Source: Lama glama
Lineage: Eukaryota
DNA: 64,000 nucleotides
Assembly (NCBI GenBank): GCA_028534125.1
Contig: CM052816.1
Span: 20,646,001 to 20,710,000 of the forward strand
Direction of reading: 5' to 3'
Under the pieces are notes generated by a model, which saw nothing but the letters and a program-made list of their open reading frames with translations, did not search any database and had not been told where the DNA came from. Both the position numbers and the translations under genes were made by a program. Below are positions 24,626 to 36,537 of the stretch, one piece after another; the stretch's first letter is position 1; each line of letters begins with the position of its first letter.

Positions 24626-25939
24626 TTTAGGGTATTTACATGACCACAGGGGTTACTTTTGGTCGCTCCAAGTCCATGCTAAAGCCTGTCAGGCCCTCTT
24701 TTGTTCTCTGCATTAACTCTTTGGCCCCCAAGGTGCTGCTTGTTGCTGGACAGAAAGTCCCTGGAACCTTGGCCCAGAAGTTTCACAGCAGAGGTGGGGT
24801 CTGCAGGGTTTGTTCCTGGTGGGGTTGGGGGGCCGACTGCTCAGGATGTGTTTAGGACTCTGGATGGCTGGTTCTCTCCAGGAGATCCAGGGCCTTGGAG
24901 CAAAGGGCAGAATCAGGCTTGCTGCTCTAGGAGGCTGGGGGGCCAGCCTCTCTGAGCCAGGACGACTGCAGGTGATGGTGCCACTGCTGACTTCAGTGAA
25001 AGCTCTGACCTGGGTCATCAGAGCAGGCCCAGCTGGGTCTGCCATGCCATGTGTGGTTTTGCCCTCTTGTGTTTGGAGAACCAGAAGTCCCCTTGAGGCA
25101 GATAAGGCCTGGCTCTGAAGTCCAGAGTCCTGTCTGTGAATGGCTCATGGGAGGGGTCTCAAGTCTTCCCTGGGAGCTCTTTCCCGACCAGAACAGCTGC
25201 CTCTCTGGCCGTGTTACAGTGGAGACTTTGTCATGTGGCTGCACGTCTTTAAAAAGCTGTTTCTGCTCCAGCTCAGACCTGGAGATGATACTGAATATAA
25301 TTCTCTACACTGTGAACTTATAAAACACACAGCATGCGGGTGATACGGTGAGGGGCAGTGGTAGTGACTGTAGATTTCTGGAGGTTGTAAAGTTTGGTTT
25401 GTTGGCCTCAAACAAATACGGAGGTAGTGCTGGGAGAAGCAAGGCTCTGGGGCCACCGAGAACCAGATTCTTCTGGCTCTGCCGCCTCCCACACATGTGA
25501 GCTTGAGCAGATGCCCCCGTCTTTGAGTCTTTTTCCTTGTCTCTAAAAAGGAAAAGTAGGGTGGTTGGAAGAAATAAATATGATAACTGGAAATAAAGCA
25601 GCTGTCAAACATCTGGCTCAGAGTAGGCCCTTAATGAACGGTACAAACTTTTTTGTTTGTTTTTGTTTTTATTAGTTAATAATTGTCATGTTCAAGGTCC
25701 TCTTGAGAACTAGGAAGAGGAAGCTATATGGGGCTGATCCGACTCAAGGAATTGGAAGTCCAGGAGGACTGGGCAGCGTAGCTTGTCTGCCTGTGCACAC
25801 TGAAGTGAGCCAACCGGGGGGACACACACACACACATTCACACACATACACACTGTGGTGCAGAGTTCACAGCCAGCCCTCCCAGGGCAAGGGACCTGGG
25901 CAACCACAGAGGAAACTGGTGTCAGCTAAGTGCACTGAT

Positions 25940-27620
25940 CAGCCTGATCACACACGGAGGGACTGGACCAACAGCATTCATGAGACACCTGAAGAAAACC
26001 ACCAGCATTAAAGAGAAGAATCAGGAAGAGCATCAACCACAAAACCCACAGCCACCCCGGAGGACACGGAACCAAAGGGAATTTTTAAATCTAATAAAAA
26101 CTCTTAGGGAGACTTGAGATGATAATGTTTTCATAAAATAAGAAAGGACTATTTTAATATGAAGATGAATATATGTGTGTATGTGCATGAGTGGGACATA
26201 GTGCTGTGCACCAGCAACTGACACATTGTAACTGACTGTACTGCAATTAAAAAAAAGAGAGAGAGAAAGAAAGGGCTACTGTGACAAAGAAGAATAGAGC
26301 AAGAAATATTTCCTGGAAATTAAAAATACAGTTCCTAAAATTAAAAGTTCAATGGGAGTCAAAGAAAGAGTTGAGGAAGTATCCTATAATATAGATTAAA
26401 ACTTGAAGAGATGGAAAAGGTGAGAAAAACTGAGAGATGAGGATCCATTTAGGGGAACTATATCCATCTATTCAGATGAGTCGACTCAGAAAGAGAGAAC
26501 CAAGAAATGTGAGAGGAGGAAATGATCCAGAGAGTAACAACAGAGCACCCCCTGGAGCTGAACGAAGACGCAGACCTTCAGGTGGAAAGATGTCGTCGTT
26601 AGAACTGGGAAGGGGAAATGGGAAAGAGCCACAGCCACGTATCCCCGTGAGATTTCGGAACATCAAAGAGAAGATTCTGAAAGCTTCCAGAGAGAAAAGA
26701 CATGTCATCGACAGAGTCAGGAATCATTGCTATCAGACTGGCGTTATCAGCACTGGCAGGCAGTGAAGTAATTGCCTTCAAATTTCTGAGGGCAAGCAGT
26801 TTCGTACCTGGAATCTTGTATCAAATAAAGACAATTTTCAGACACACAAGTACACAGAATATTACCTTCTTTCTTAATTAAAAAAAAAAGTAGGAGTGAT
26901 ATAATCTAGTAAGACGGAAGTGGTATTTAACAAGAAGAGCTGGTCCCAGAAACAGCAGAACTAACCCAGGTGTGCAATGAACCCCAGCATGACAGGCAGG
27001 ACAGCTGTGTAAGAAACCTGGGACACGATTCGTTCAGGTTTGAAGAGGACGTCAGAGCTTCTGAGAAGCAAGTCCTCAAGAACAAAGCAGATTCCATTTC
27101 ACAAAAATAAGATTACGAAGCTCTAAGGCCTTTGTGATATGATAAAGAAAGAAAGAAATCTCTTGATACAGTTTTAAGGCAGTTAAAAATTCTGGGGAAA
27201 ACAAATTGCTGACCAAGAAAGGCATGGTCAAATATTAAGCAAGCTAAAATGTATCACCATTTTGCATAACTAGAGGCGGATGAAGAAAAGAACTGTTTGG
27301 CTGTGAATCCTGAAACAGCCTCCTCTAAACAGCACAGGAGAGTCACAGGAGCTGCCACCTCCTTTCCTGAGGGGAGGTTCGCTGTGTCTTTCTGCTGAGG
27401 ATGATGGACCAGAGCGTTAGCAATACTCTATTCATTTTCACGTTTAGAGCCAACAAATGGAAACCGACACTTATTACCTGTAGTTACAAAATGTAACAAG
27501 GTGAAAATTAATGTTGTAGATCATTTAAATCAGAAGTAATAGGGTAGGATAGGGGATTGGATTTCTTCCACTGTGAAGGAGTAAGAAAGACTGCCTAATT
27601 TATCTCAATGTATGATTTAA
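25940..27620 (+). mobile_element. Old HAL1/L1ME-type element with ORF1 remnant
   Basis: ORF 26437-26766 contains PRIPVRFRNIKEKILKASREKRHV, resembling L1 ORF1p PRHI.VKF....KEKILKASREK; followed by gccttcaaatttctgagg...acctggaatc, typical of the ORF1 C-terminus. Confidence 0.75.
26154..26266 (+). mobile_element. Short 5'-truncated younger L1 3' end (camelid-like) with A/GA tail, nested in the old element
   Basis: gaatatatgtgtgtatgtgcatgagtgggacatagtgctgtgcaccagcaactgacacattgtaactgactgtactgcaattaaaaaaaa; flanked by aagaaaggactatt (26140-26153) and aagaaagggctact (26267-26280), 12/14 identical TSD. Confidence 0.8.
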
Positions 27621-30600
27621 AGTTCAGGGGGGTTGTTTTTATGGTGTGCATTTTTTGCTCTCAAAATATTTAAAAAGTGGCGCCACATTGAACATCTAAA
27701 GAGTTTCTACCCAACTCACTGTCACAGGCTGTGTCACACTTAAAAGAATTCGCTGCCTTTTCTGTTCTGTGCCTTTTACTGTATTTTATTTATTTGCTGT
27801 TCTCCAAAGATTGCAATTTTGAATTGCTCAATATATTTTCTCAGCTGAAAATGTCAATGTAGTTATGTGATGAAAACGCCACTCTGTGTGTATATATCTG
27901 GAATTAGCATAGAGATGATTAAGGCAGTTCAGTGTTGATCAATGATCATATTTGATTTGGGTTTTTTACTTCGCTTCCTCCACCATCCTGTGCTTTGATA
28001 TTTATTACCACCCACTGAGATTCTGGCCTTGACTAAATAGAAGTTGCTTCAAGAAATTCACAATCTAGTGATTGAATTCCAGTGGCATTGCTCTCGGAAT
28101 GACAATACGAAATTAGGTCTTGCAGAGTAAATAGAAATCCAGTAAATGGGAACTGCACCGTTAATAAAAATGTCTCTTACCGCCCTGAACACACAAAATG
28201 CAGCCCCCAGTCATAAAAACTTGATGCTGCAGTACAGGGTCAGATTCCTCTTTCAAATGTGCTAAGCAGTTTGACCAAAAAGTGTAGTTTTGACTCATGT
28301 GATTTTTAGATCTGAGTCTCAAGCCCCAGGGTTCAGAAGGATGACACAGTGTTTTGAAAAGTCCCCTGTGTTCAACATTCCGTGTGAAGCTCCAGGGCTG
28401 CTCAGATGTTTCCAGAACAGAGGGGTGGCCCTGGGCCGACCTCCCAGGGAGCCCAGAGGCAGCTGGCTGCGAGCGGGCTTGGCATCCATGCTGAGCGTCC
28501 AGCCCTCTGTTGGCACAGCTAACGGTCCAAAGAGGACTTTCCACATCAGAACCAGCCTCAGCCCTCTCTCTGTCTTCCTCACAGAGGGCTCAGAGGATGG
28601 GTCCAAGAATTTTCCTTTTTCCGGAGTTGCTAAGGAAATCTATGCTCTGCTTTACTTCTTGCTAACTAAAATAAAGTGGATTTTTCCAGGGCGGGTGGGC
28701 CCTCATTATAATGCATAATAATAACCCACATGACAGGAGCATCCTTCATCCTGATGAGCTGGCAGGAGGGCTCCCAGGCCTGTTTCTCCTCAGAAGAAAG
28801 GAAAGGCCCAAACCCCCACAGTCATCAGGACAATGACGGTATGGGGGTGTTTCCAGGAGGGTGAGAAGTGGCTCCCCTCCCAGGGAAAGGATCTGTAGCT
28901 AGTGGAAACACGAGTCTTCCCGGAGATGGTTACAAAGGCAGAACTCTGGATACCATGAGTGTTGTCAGCGCCGTAATGTAAACATGTGCAGCATGAAGGC
29001 GAACGGCAGAAGGGACCATGCAGAAATAGAGGTGGCCTTGCTATTAGAGCTTCAAGAATTACTGGTGGTTATTTTTTTCCTTTTTCCAAATTTTCTCATA
29101 ATTCCCATGAAAGGGGAACTTTTAGGGCTCTAATTTAGTTCTTTGCATTTAATAGCAGTTTGCCCCGTGCCATGGGCTCTTGATAATTTTACAGCCAAGT
29201 GAGCTACGTAGGGGTGAGGGTTTAGGGAGGAGATTCAGCCACACTGTGTGATGGGTCTGATGCCCTCTCCTTCTCTCTCCTGTTCTTCCCTTGCCGAGAA
29301 CACTCCGACTAACCGACAGACCCAGGCTCAGAGAAAAGAACACATCTCTGTGTCAGAGATGGAGCTCTCCCAGGGACACCTTCAGTTCAGTAGGGAGCCG
29401 AGATCAGACACACACATAGGTCTCCAAGGACCTGCTTGGGCAGATGCCCGTTTAGTACCAGGTCTGGGCAGCCTTAGGGTCCCATCAGCTGCTGCAGTGC
29501 CTGCCCCGGAGCAGCCTTGCCCTTCTGTCCCATCTGCTCCATCTGCTCCTGGTGTCGGGGCTGCAGGAGAACCACCCCACCCGGGTGCACACGTGTCATC
29601 TGTTTCACTGCGTCCTCTCATCCTGTGTGGGTGTGTGCACATGCACACGCATGTTGTGGAAGTGCAGGGGCTCCATGCTGCCCACAGCTCCGCGGGCGTC
29701 CAGAGCAGCCCTTTGGAAAGATGCGTGTGGTTCCAAAGTGCCTGGGCCCACTGAGACACACGGCCCCTGCCGGAGCCGACTGCAAATGTATTTCCTTCCT
29801 CTGGTGTTTGGAGTAAAAATGTGGCAAATGAGCAAGTCGACAGCTTGCCTCCTCACTGAGGTATTGTAAGTGGAAGACAAACGATGCTGCTCGTTCAGGG
29901 ATGAATTATACAAGGTTTCCAAGCTCTTCTTGCTGGTGTGCATTGCTCTAACGACGACACAGTTTCGTTCTCTCTGGTTTCGAGTTGTCTTGGCTCTGCC
30001 CCTTCCCTTTACCCCGCTGACCCTCACAGCCACTCCCCACACTGCTCCTCCTGCCCCGCTCTGGCCACGTGAGGGTCCAGCACTTTTTCCCCTTCTGCTC
30101 ACACACCTGCCGTTCCCTGAGCTCCCAATGATGCTGCCAGACTGTCCAGCCTGCCTTCCCCAGGGGCAGTCCTTCCCAGCTCTCCTTGTGGTCTGCTGGT
30201 CATCTGGCCCCATCTCCCTATCAATTCCTGGGACTCCTGAGCTCCTCCCCTGATACACAAAGACACACACACACCACACACACTCACTCACACAGCAGCT
30301 TGGCAGGGAGCCCAGGGACCACCAGAAGAGGCTGGTAACCTCTCTTTGGCTGTGTTCTGGGGTATGGGAGTCAGAGGCTGAACCCAGCTGACTTCCAGTG
30401 GGAAGCCAGCTGGTGGTTAGGGGCAGTCATCTTGGCTTTGTCTTAGATCTTAGGTAGTTAACGCACATGTGATTGTGCCCTCTAGTAGTCTGGGAGAGGT
30501 GATGGCTGAAGCTGTCCGAGGGGCCTGGCTCTCTGTCCCTGCCTGGGGTCAGGAGCACAGGCGGGCTGGTGGCTCCCTGGACGATAAGTCCAGAGGCCCT

Positions 30601-33600
30601 TCAGGGGTCACATAGCTGGGCTCGGGCAGTGGCTCTGAAATCTGGCTGTGCTTCCATCTACCCCAAGAGCCTTTGAAAACAGAGGCCTGGGCCCCAAACC
30701 AAGCAGGCTGGTAAGACTGAGACCCAAACAACCCTGCTCCCAGCTGTCTCAGGGGCAGACTGTACATTTTTGTTGAGTTGCCTGAGTGAATTATTTCACT
30801 CCTGTTTTCTGTCCCAAGCAAACCCACATCATCATTTTATTAATATATTTGCAATTATTGCGTAACGATTTCCAGTTTAGTGTAGCCTGTGAAATAGGGA
30901 TGCTTAATCAAGTATCTGCACGATGGGCCTTGAAGTTCTCTGGGGCCAGAAGCTTTTCTCATCAATTAAGTTTCAACAGAATGAGTTTTAGGCTCATCTG
31001 CAACTGTATTTTTATGTTTCTTTTATGGCTCCCCTGCCTGCTCCTCGTGGTAGAGATACCAGAAAGTGTGGTGTGGGGCCGAGGTATTTATTAGCAGGTT
31101 TATAACAGTCATTGTGAAATATTAAAATGACTGCTTTACAGCAGGAAAACTGATATTTCCATTACAGTCACTACATGGGTGCCCCCCCAACCAGTGCCAC
31201 CAGGGAGAGGGGCGTTTATCCTGGGCCCTGTGGTTTCCCTGCGGTCAAGGCACTAGAGGTGTTTCCTCTGGAAAAAGATGGGACTCCCAGAAACTTCCAT
31301 AGGCACCCACTCTCACCCTACACCCGGGGGTCCGAGGAGTCTGACTCGTTAAATGTAGAGAGGATTTCCCTGCCGTCTAGGGCCATACCCCACTGGGGCC
31401 TCCAAGAGCAGAGTGTCTCATGGGCATGCACCTGGGGGCTGTTCATGGGCCACGCCAGTGAGTGGCAGAGTTACCCCATCCCTGGGCAGTTAGCAGTGTC
31501 CAGAGTACACAGGGTGGACTGGGCCGCAGCAACAGTGGCAGAAAGGATGAACCAGGTCCCTCTGGAAACATGGCTGTCACTCATGCCCTGCCCCAGGCAG
31601 GCAGGGGTACCAGAGGCCACTAGCTCCATCCAGCCCAGCCCACCCTCCCAAACTCACCTGCTGACCACGTGTGTCTCCATGGGTGACCCAGGAGACTGAC
31701 GTACCCAGAGAGTCCATCTCCCACTTGTGCACACCTGTGATACACAACACTCCCAGAAGTCCTTTGCCAGGTGCTCTCCACACATGTGCTAAACACTCCC
31801 ACACCCTCACCTGGGGCCACACGGATATAAGTGACTTGTAGGCAAGAGTCATGACTGTTTTCAGTACTAAATCTCCATTTCTGCAAACAGTGTCTGCCAG
31901 GATGCTCACCACATATCACTTAAAAGCTAAATCAACTCCGCTGAGCTGGCTGACCTTGGGAAGGATGCTTCTCCAGCTCTTATGTTTGCTTTCTGATGAA
32001 TGGGATGACAATCCTTCATTCCCTGGTGCATATTTAAAGCTCTGAGAGGTGTGCAGCTCTAGTATGCAGCCTAAAACCTGGAGACACGAGGTGGGAGAAG
32101 AATCCCCTAAGACACGGGCGGCATTTTAAATGTAATTATCACTGGTGTTCCCGTGCAGCAGCCCGGTTTCCAAGCCAGCAGACTCCCTCCTTTCGTATTT
32201 ACTTTTAGTCCCACACTCTTTCCTGTGATCCATTAGTTCTTCTACTAAGTCGTTTAAAAGCCTGGATCGTTTAAAAGCCATTTGCTCAGGTGGGTGTGAC
32301 TCGATGAGGGGACCCATGTCCCCTCCGTGAAGATGCGGTGGGCTTCCATTCCGCACTAACACACCCCAATTAACAAGCAGCACTGGCCATTGCCAGTTCT
32401 CCTCATCGCCTTTCATTTAAAGACGAGGCAAAGTATGTGTACAATCAGTTGCAGAGGATTCTGTACAGCCCTCTTCTTAGTTGGAAAATGTACCTTTGGA
32501 AAAAAAAAAGAGAAAATATACCTTTGACTCTGTCGTTCGGGTCACAGGGACAGAAAGTGCCACTCAGAGTGCAAGCACGGTGTCCCTTGGTGGGAGGTCT
32601 GCCTGAGGAGCCTGTGCGGCGGGTCTGGAGGTGGGACTGGGCGTGCCGGCACAGGAGGGAGGGACGCAGCCTGGCCGTGCTGCTGGTCTTTTCAGGTCCT
32701 GGCCATTTGGAGAGCAGGGCCTGTGCCTTGTCCCCTCTCTGCCCCGCTGCCTGGCACCCCCACACCCCAAGTACAAAGGGGTGTCAGGGCACGTCTGTTG
32801 AGTAAACAGGGACAGGACCCAAGGCCTGTTCAGGGCTGGCTGTGCTCGTTCCACACTCCCTCCACTCCTGCCTCCTCCCTCAGCTGGACAGCTTTGCTGG
32901 GGAGGATGCCATTGTGTTTTTTGGGACCCCCAGATGAGAGGGGCTGCCAGCCAGTTTTGGGGGTTCAGAGCTCTTTGCCCAGTGCCCCTCTGGCCGATGT
33001 TCAGCCTGAGATGCAGAGCTGCGGTAAGCCCAGCAGTAATTCACGTCCCTGTGAATTCACAGAGCAGAGGTGAACTACAGGGCTGCCCATCTCTGCCAAA
33101 GCAGACATCCAGAACGGTTATAAATTATCTCCCGCTGTGGAGTAAACTGCCCTCTGCTCCCCCAGTGTAAATTATCTGAATGTCACGCTGCTTAGGACCA
33201 ATTAGTCCGTCCCCGGCGACTGGGCATCCCGCCTGGGCATGCTGGGTGCAGAACCCAGAGAGGGCGCACCTCCTTCCTGCCGCTGAAGCTCCCTCTGTGG
33301 CACACCAGGCCCTCTGCTTGGCAGGCAGCACCACACACCGGAAAGCGAGTTGGTGCCCCAGGGCAGTTAATGCTGGAGGCCGGACACAGGGTCTGGACCC
33401 TGCTGGCCACAGAAGGGGAGAGGGGAGCTGGCCAGGGACGGCTTTCCAGGAGAGGAGACTGGAGCTGGGCCCAGCCAGGCAGGCCAGCACCCTGACAGGG
33501 AGGGGTTTGGGGAGAGGAGGGTGAGGCCATGCAGGGCCAGCCATGCTGTCCATCCTGGCTGGTGAGTCGGGCCCAGTTGGACCATGATGGGAGGTTGCTG

Positions 33601-34344
33601 AAGGATCCGTCCCAGTCCTGTCTGAGCAGGGAATCCTTGATGCCCACTTCTGGGCCACATGAGCCAAATAGCCAGGGCTTTGGAGCCCTCATTTCAGTCC
33701 TTGCAAACTTGGGAGCCCAGGAGGGGAAGACGAGGCAGAGAAGGACAGGGCATGGTCTGTGAGACACTCCACAGACCTTACCCACCAGCTCTCTGTGCTC
33801 AGGGGCCTCCAAGGAGGCCACTCTGATGCCAGGGGCCAACTCTCATGGAGAACGGCCTGTCTCTATAGCAATACCGCTGAGCCAAGAGCCGCCTGCTGCC
33901 AGCCAGCCCCGGTGACGTGAGCCAAGGCTGCACACAAGGGTATTTCAGAGCCTTGCTCACAGGGCCTGTCCAGCTCCTGGACTGAGCTTGGAGCTGAGGG
34001 TGAGGGTGAGGCCAGGATGCCCCAGACAGTGCAGATTCCCCAACCTCGGCCTCTTCCATTCCTCCTCCTGAGGCTCCTCGGCAAACCTCACCCCAGTGCC
34101 TTCCCCAGAGACCCAGGCCTGAGAACCTAACACACAGCTCCAGGGAAGGTGGATAGCCTGGCACCTGGCCCATGGATGCCCAGTCCAGGGGGTTTGTTGA
34201 GGAACCAGGCAATCTGCTGCTGTTTCACATCACGGACCCTCTCCTGTGAGCCCCTTTCCCTCTCCATGCACCCAGGTCTGTGTCTGGCCAAGGACAAAGA
34301 CCCTTCCCAAGGTAACTGATGTTGAGAGATGTCAGGTTGCCTCT

Positions 34345-34500
34345 TTTAAATAAGCATATTATTGAAGTATGGCACAGACAGAAAATGCATAAATCATAAG
34401 TGCATAGCTCAATGAATTTTCACAGAGAACACATCTCATAATCAGCACCTGGAAGCGCCCCACACTCTGCCCCATTCAAGTCCCCATCCAAGCGTAACCC
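34345..34500 (-). mobile_element. L1MC/ME 3' end fragment, antisense
   Basis: attattgaagtat...cagaaaatgcataaatcataagtgcatagctcaatgaattttcaca. Confidence 0.7.
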
Positions 34501-35764
34501 TGTGCAGGTTGCCTTTTGAAAGAGAAGACATGATAAACCAGATTGGTGACAAAAGTCAATACTGTCACTTAGCAGGGGCCCCAAGAAGGGAGGTGCACTG
34601 GGGAAGAGAGCAGAGGCCAGAGCGCTAAGAACAGCTCCATGTGAGTGTGGAAGAGAATGGTCCAGCGAGTGCAGCAGGCACAGGCTGACTGTGACGTGGT
34701 CACTGCACTTAGAACACAGAGCAACTACCTCAGAATTTAATAGCATGGGTTACAATAGCTCTACACACGAAGAGGAGAGCCTTCTGAATGGAAGCATTTA
34801 AAATTATTAGTGGAGTAGGAAATAGAGATCTCCTGTTGGCTCTTCCTGCCCTGGGGGATGCCCTGGGACCGGGGTGGGACCTGGGTGGGGCCTGGGCCTT
34901 CCAGTGGCCCAGAGGTCAGACACAGGGCATTTCAGGTCAGGCCTTGTCTGGTCCACTCCCCCTTCCCAAGAGCAGCTCTGCCCCAGCGGCTCTGTGTCTG
35001 AGTAGCATCCTGTATCATGGATCTTTCTAGATTTTGTTTTCCATCACTCTCAGAGACCGCCCAGGCCCAGGGCAGCCTCTGACTCAAGTGTAGATGCCCT
35101 CGCTGAGTGTGGCCATGTCCTCTCCAAGGGGCGCTGGCCCTGGGCATCGGCCAACTCCTCCCAACTGGGGGACCTGGAAGTCCCCACTTTTGTGTGCCCT
35201 GCTTCTCCAGGCACTGGATGAGACTCTGAGCCAAGGCTGCTGGTGGAAAAGGCCACGTGTGGGGGCAAGATTCACCCAGGAACGGGTCCTCATATCTGGG
35301 CAGGGTTTCACTGCCCACCTCATGATATAGAAAATGCCGTCTGTCATCCTCTCCCCATCTGTCTCCTTAATCTGTCCCCATGAGTGTCTTACATCTCATG
35401 GGGTTTCTTTTCAAGAGCCAGAAGAGAATCAGAAGAGAAGGAAGGTGGAGCTGGGGCAGGAAAGGTTCCCAAGAGTTTGAGCACAACGTGCCAGACAGGT
35501 GATAGCCTGGCTCCATCACCAACACCCTGGGCCCCAAGTTAGACCCTTACCGTTCCTTGGCCTCAGTTTCTATGTCAACACAAGGAGGAGGCCGGACCAC
35601 ATGATGCCAAAGCCTTTACTCCATGCTCTTAGCGTCTGTGGCCTATGACGTGTGCTGGGTGGGCTGTGGGGGGTCTCTAAGAGGTAAACAGGGTGGGGGA
35701 CAAGACTGGGGCTGAGCTACTGGCACAGGACAAATGTCACTGGGCTGCACCCCAAACCTAGAGC

Positions 35765-35791
35765 TGTGTGTGTGTGTGTGTCTGCATGTGT
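35765..35791. repeat. (TG)n microsatellite
   Basis: tgtgtgtgtgtgtgtgtctgcatgtgt. Confidence 0.85.
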
Positions 35792-35891
35792 AAGGACTTC
35801 TCATCCAGTGTCCTCTGTGTACCTGGCCCCGTGTAGACGGCTAAGGGCCTGCGAAAGAAATGAAAGACAGAGCATTTCACCCCATGCTCTT

Positions 35892-36537
35892 TTTTTTAAA
35901 TGTATTTTTTATTGAAGTATAGTCAATTTAAAATATTGTGTCAATATCTGGTGTACAGCATAATGCTCAGTCATACATGAACATATATATATTAATTTTC
36001 ATATTCTTTTCACCATAAGTTACTGCAAGATATTGAATATAGTTCCCTGTGCTATACAGTATAAATTTATTGTTTATATATTTTATGTATATTAGTTAGT
36101 ATCTGCAAATCTCGAGCTTCCAGTTTATCCCTTCCTATCCGCTTCCACCCTTGGTAACCGTAAGTTTGTTTTCTACGTCTGTGAGTCTGTTTTTCTTTTG
36201 TAAATAAGTCTGTTTGTCTTTTTTTTAGATTCCACATTTAAGGGATATCATATGGTATTTTTCTTTCTCTTTCTGGCTTTCCTCACTTAGAATGACATTG
36301 TCTAGGACCAACCATGTTGCTGCAAATGGCATTATTTTATTCTATTTTATGGCTCAGTAGTATTTCATTGTATAAATATAGCAGAACTTCTTTATCCGGT
36401 CATCTGTTGATGGACATTTAGGTTGTTTCCATGTCTTGGCTATTGTAAATAGTGCTGCTGTGAACATTGGGGTGCATATATCTTTTTGAATTAAAGTTCC
36501 CTCTAGATGTATGCCCAGGAGTAGAATTGCTGGATAA
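35892..36537 (-). mobile_element. 5'-truncated lineage-specific L1 (ORF2 C-terminus + 3' UTR + polyA), antisense to FSTL4
   Basis: Minus-strand ORF 36354-36542 PAILLLGIHLEGTLIQKDICTPMFTAALFTIAKTWKQPKCPSTDD is the L1 ORF2p C-terminus; poly(T) at the left end; TSD cccatgctctt (35881-35891) / cccacgctctt (36538-36548) followed by AA, i.e. a TCTT/AA L1 endonuclease site. Confidence 0.93.

Noticed and set aside
26437-26766. 109-aa ORF as a domesticated L1 ORF1 gene
   Set aside because: Only a short motif is recognisable, neighbouring regions are frameshifted or stopped, and the element is interrupted by a later insertion; consistent with neutral decay.
29248-30291. Overlapping 168-228 aa ORFs on both strands
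   Set aside because: No domain similarity; they run through CA/TG-rich simple sequence, and stop-poor GC-rich DNA explains the lengths.
33484-33500. REST/RE1-like sequence cagcaccctgacag
   Set aside because: One base short of canonical half-site spacing and lacks the flanking consensus.
33125-34212. Cluster of 114-215 aa ORFs
   Set aside because: GC-rich, overlapping in several frames, Pro/Gly/Trp-rich with no motif: typical spurious ORFs.
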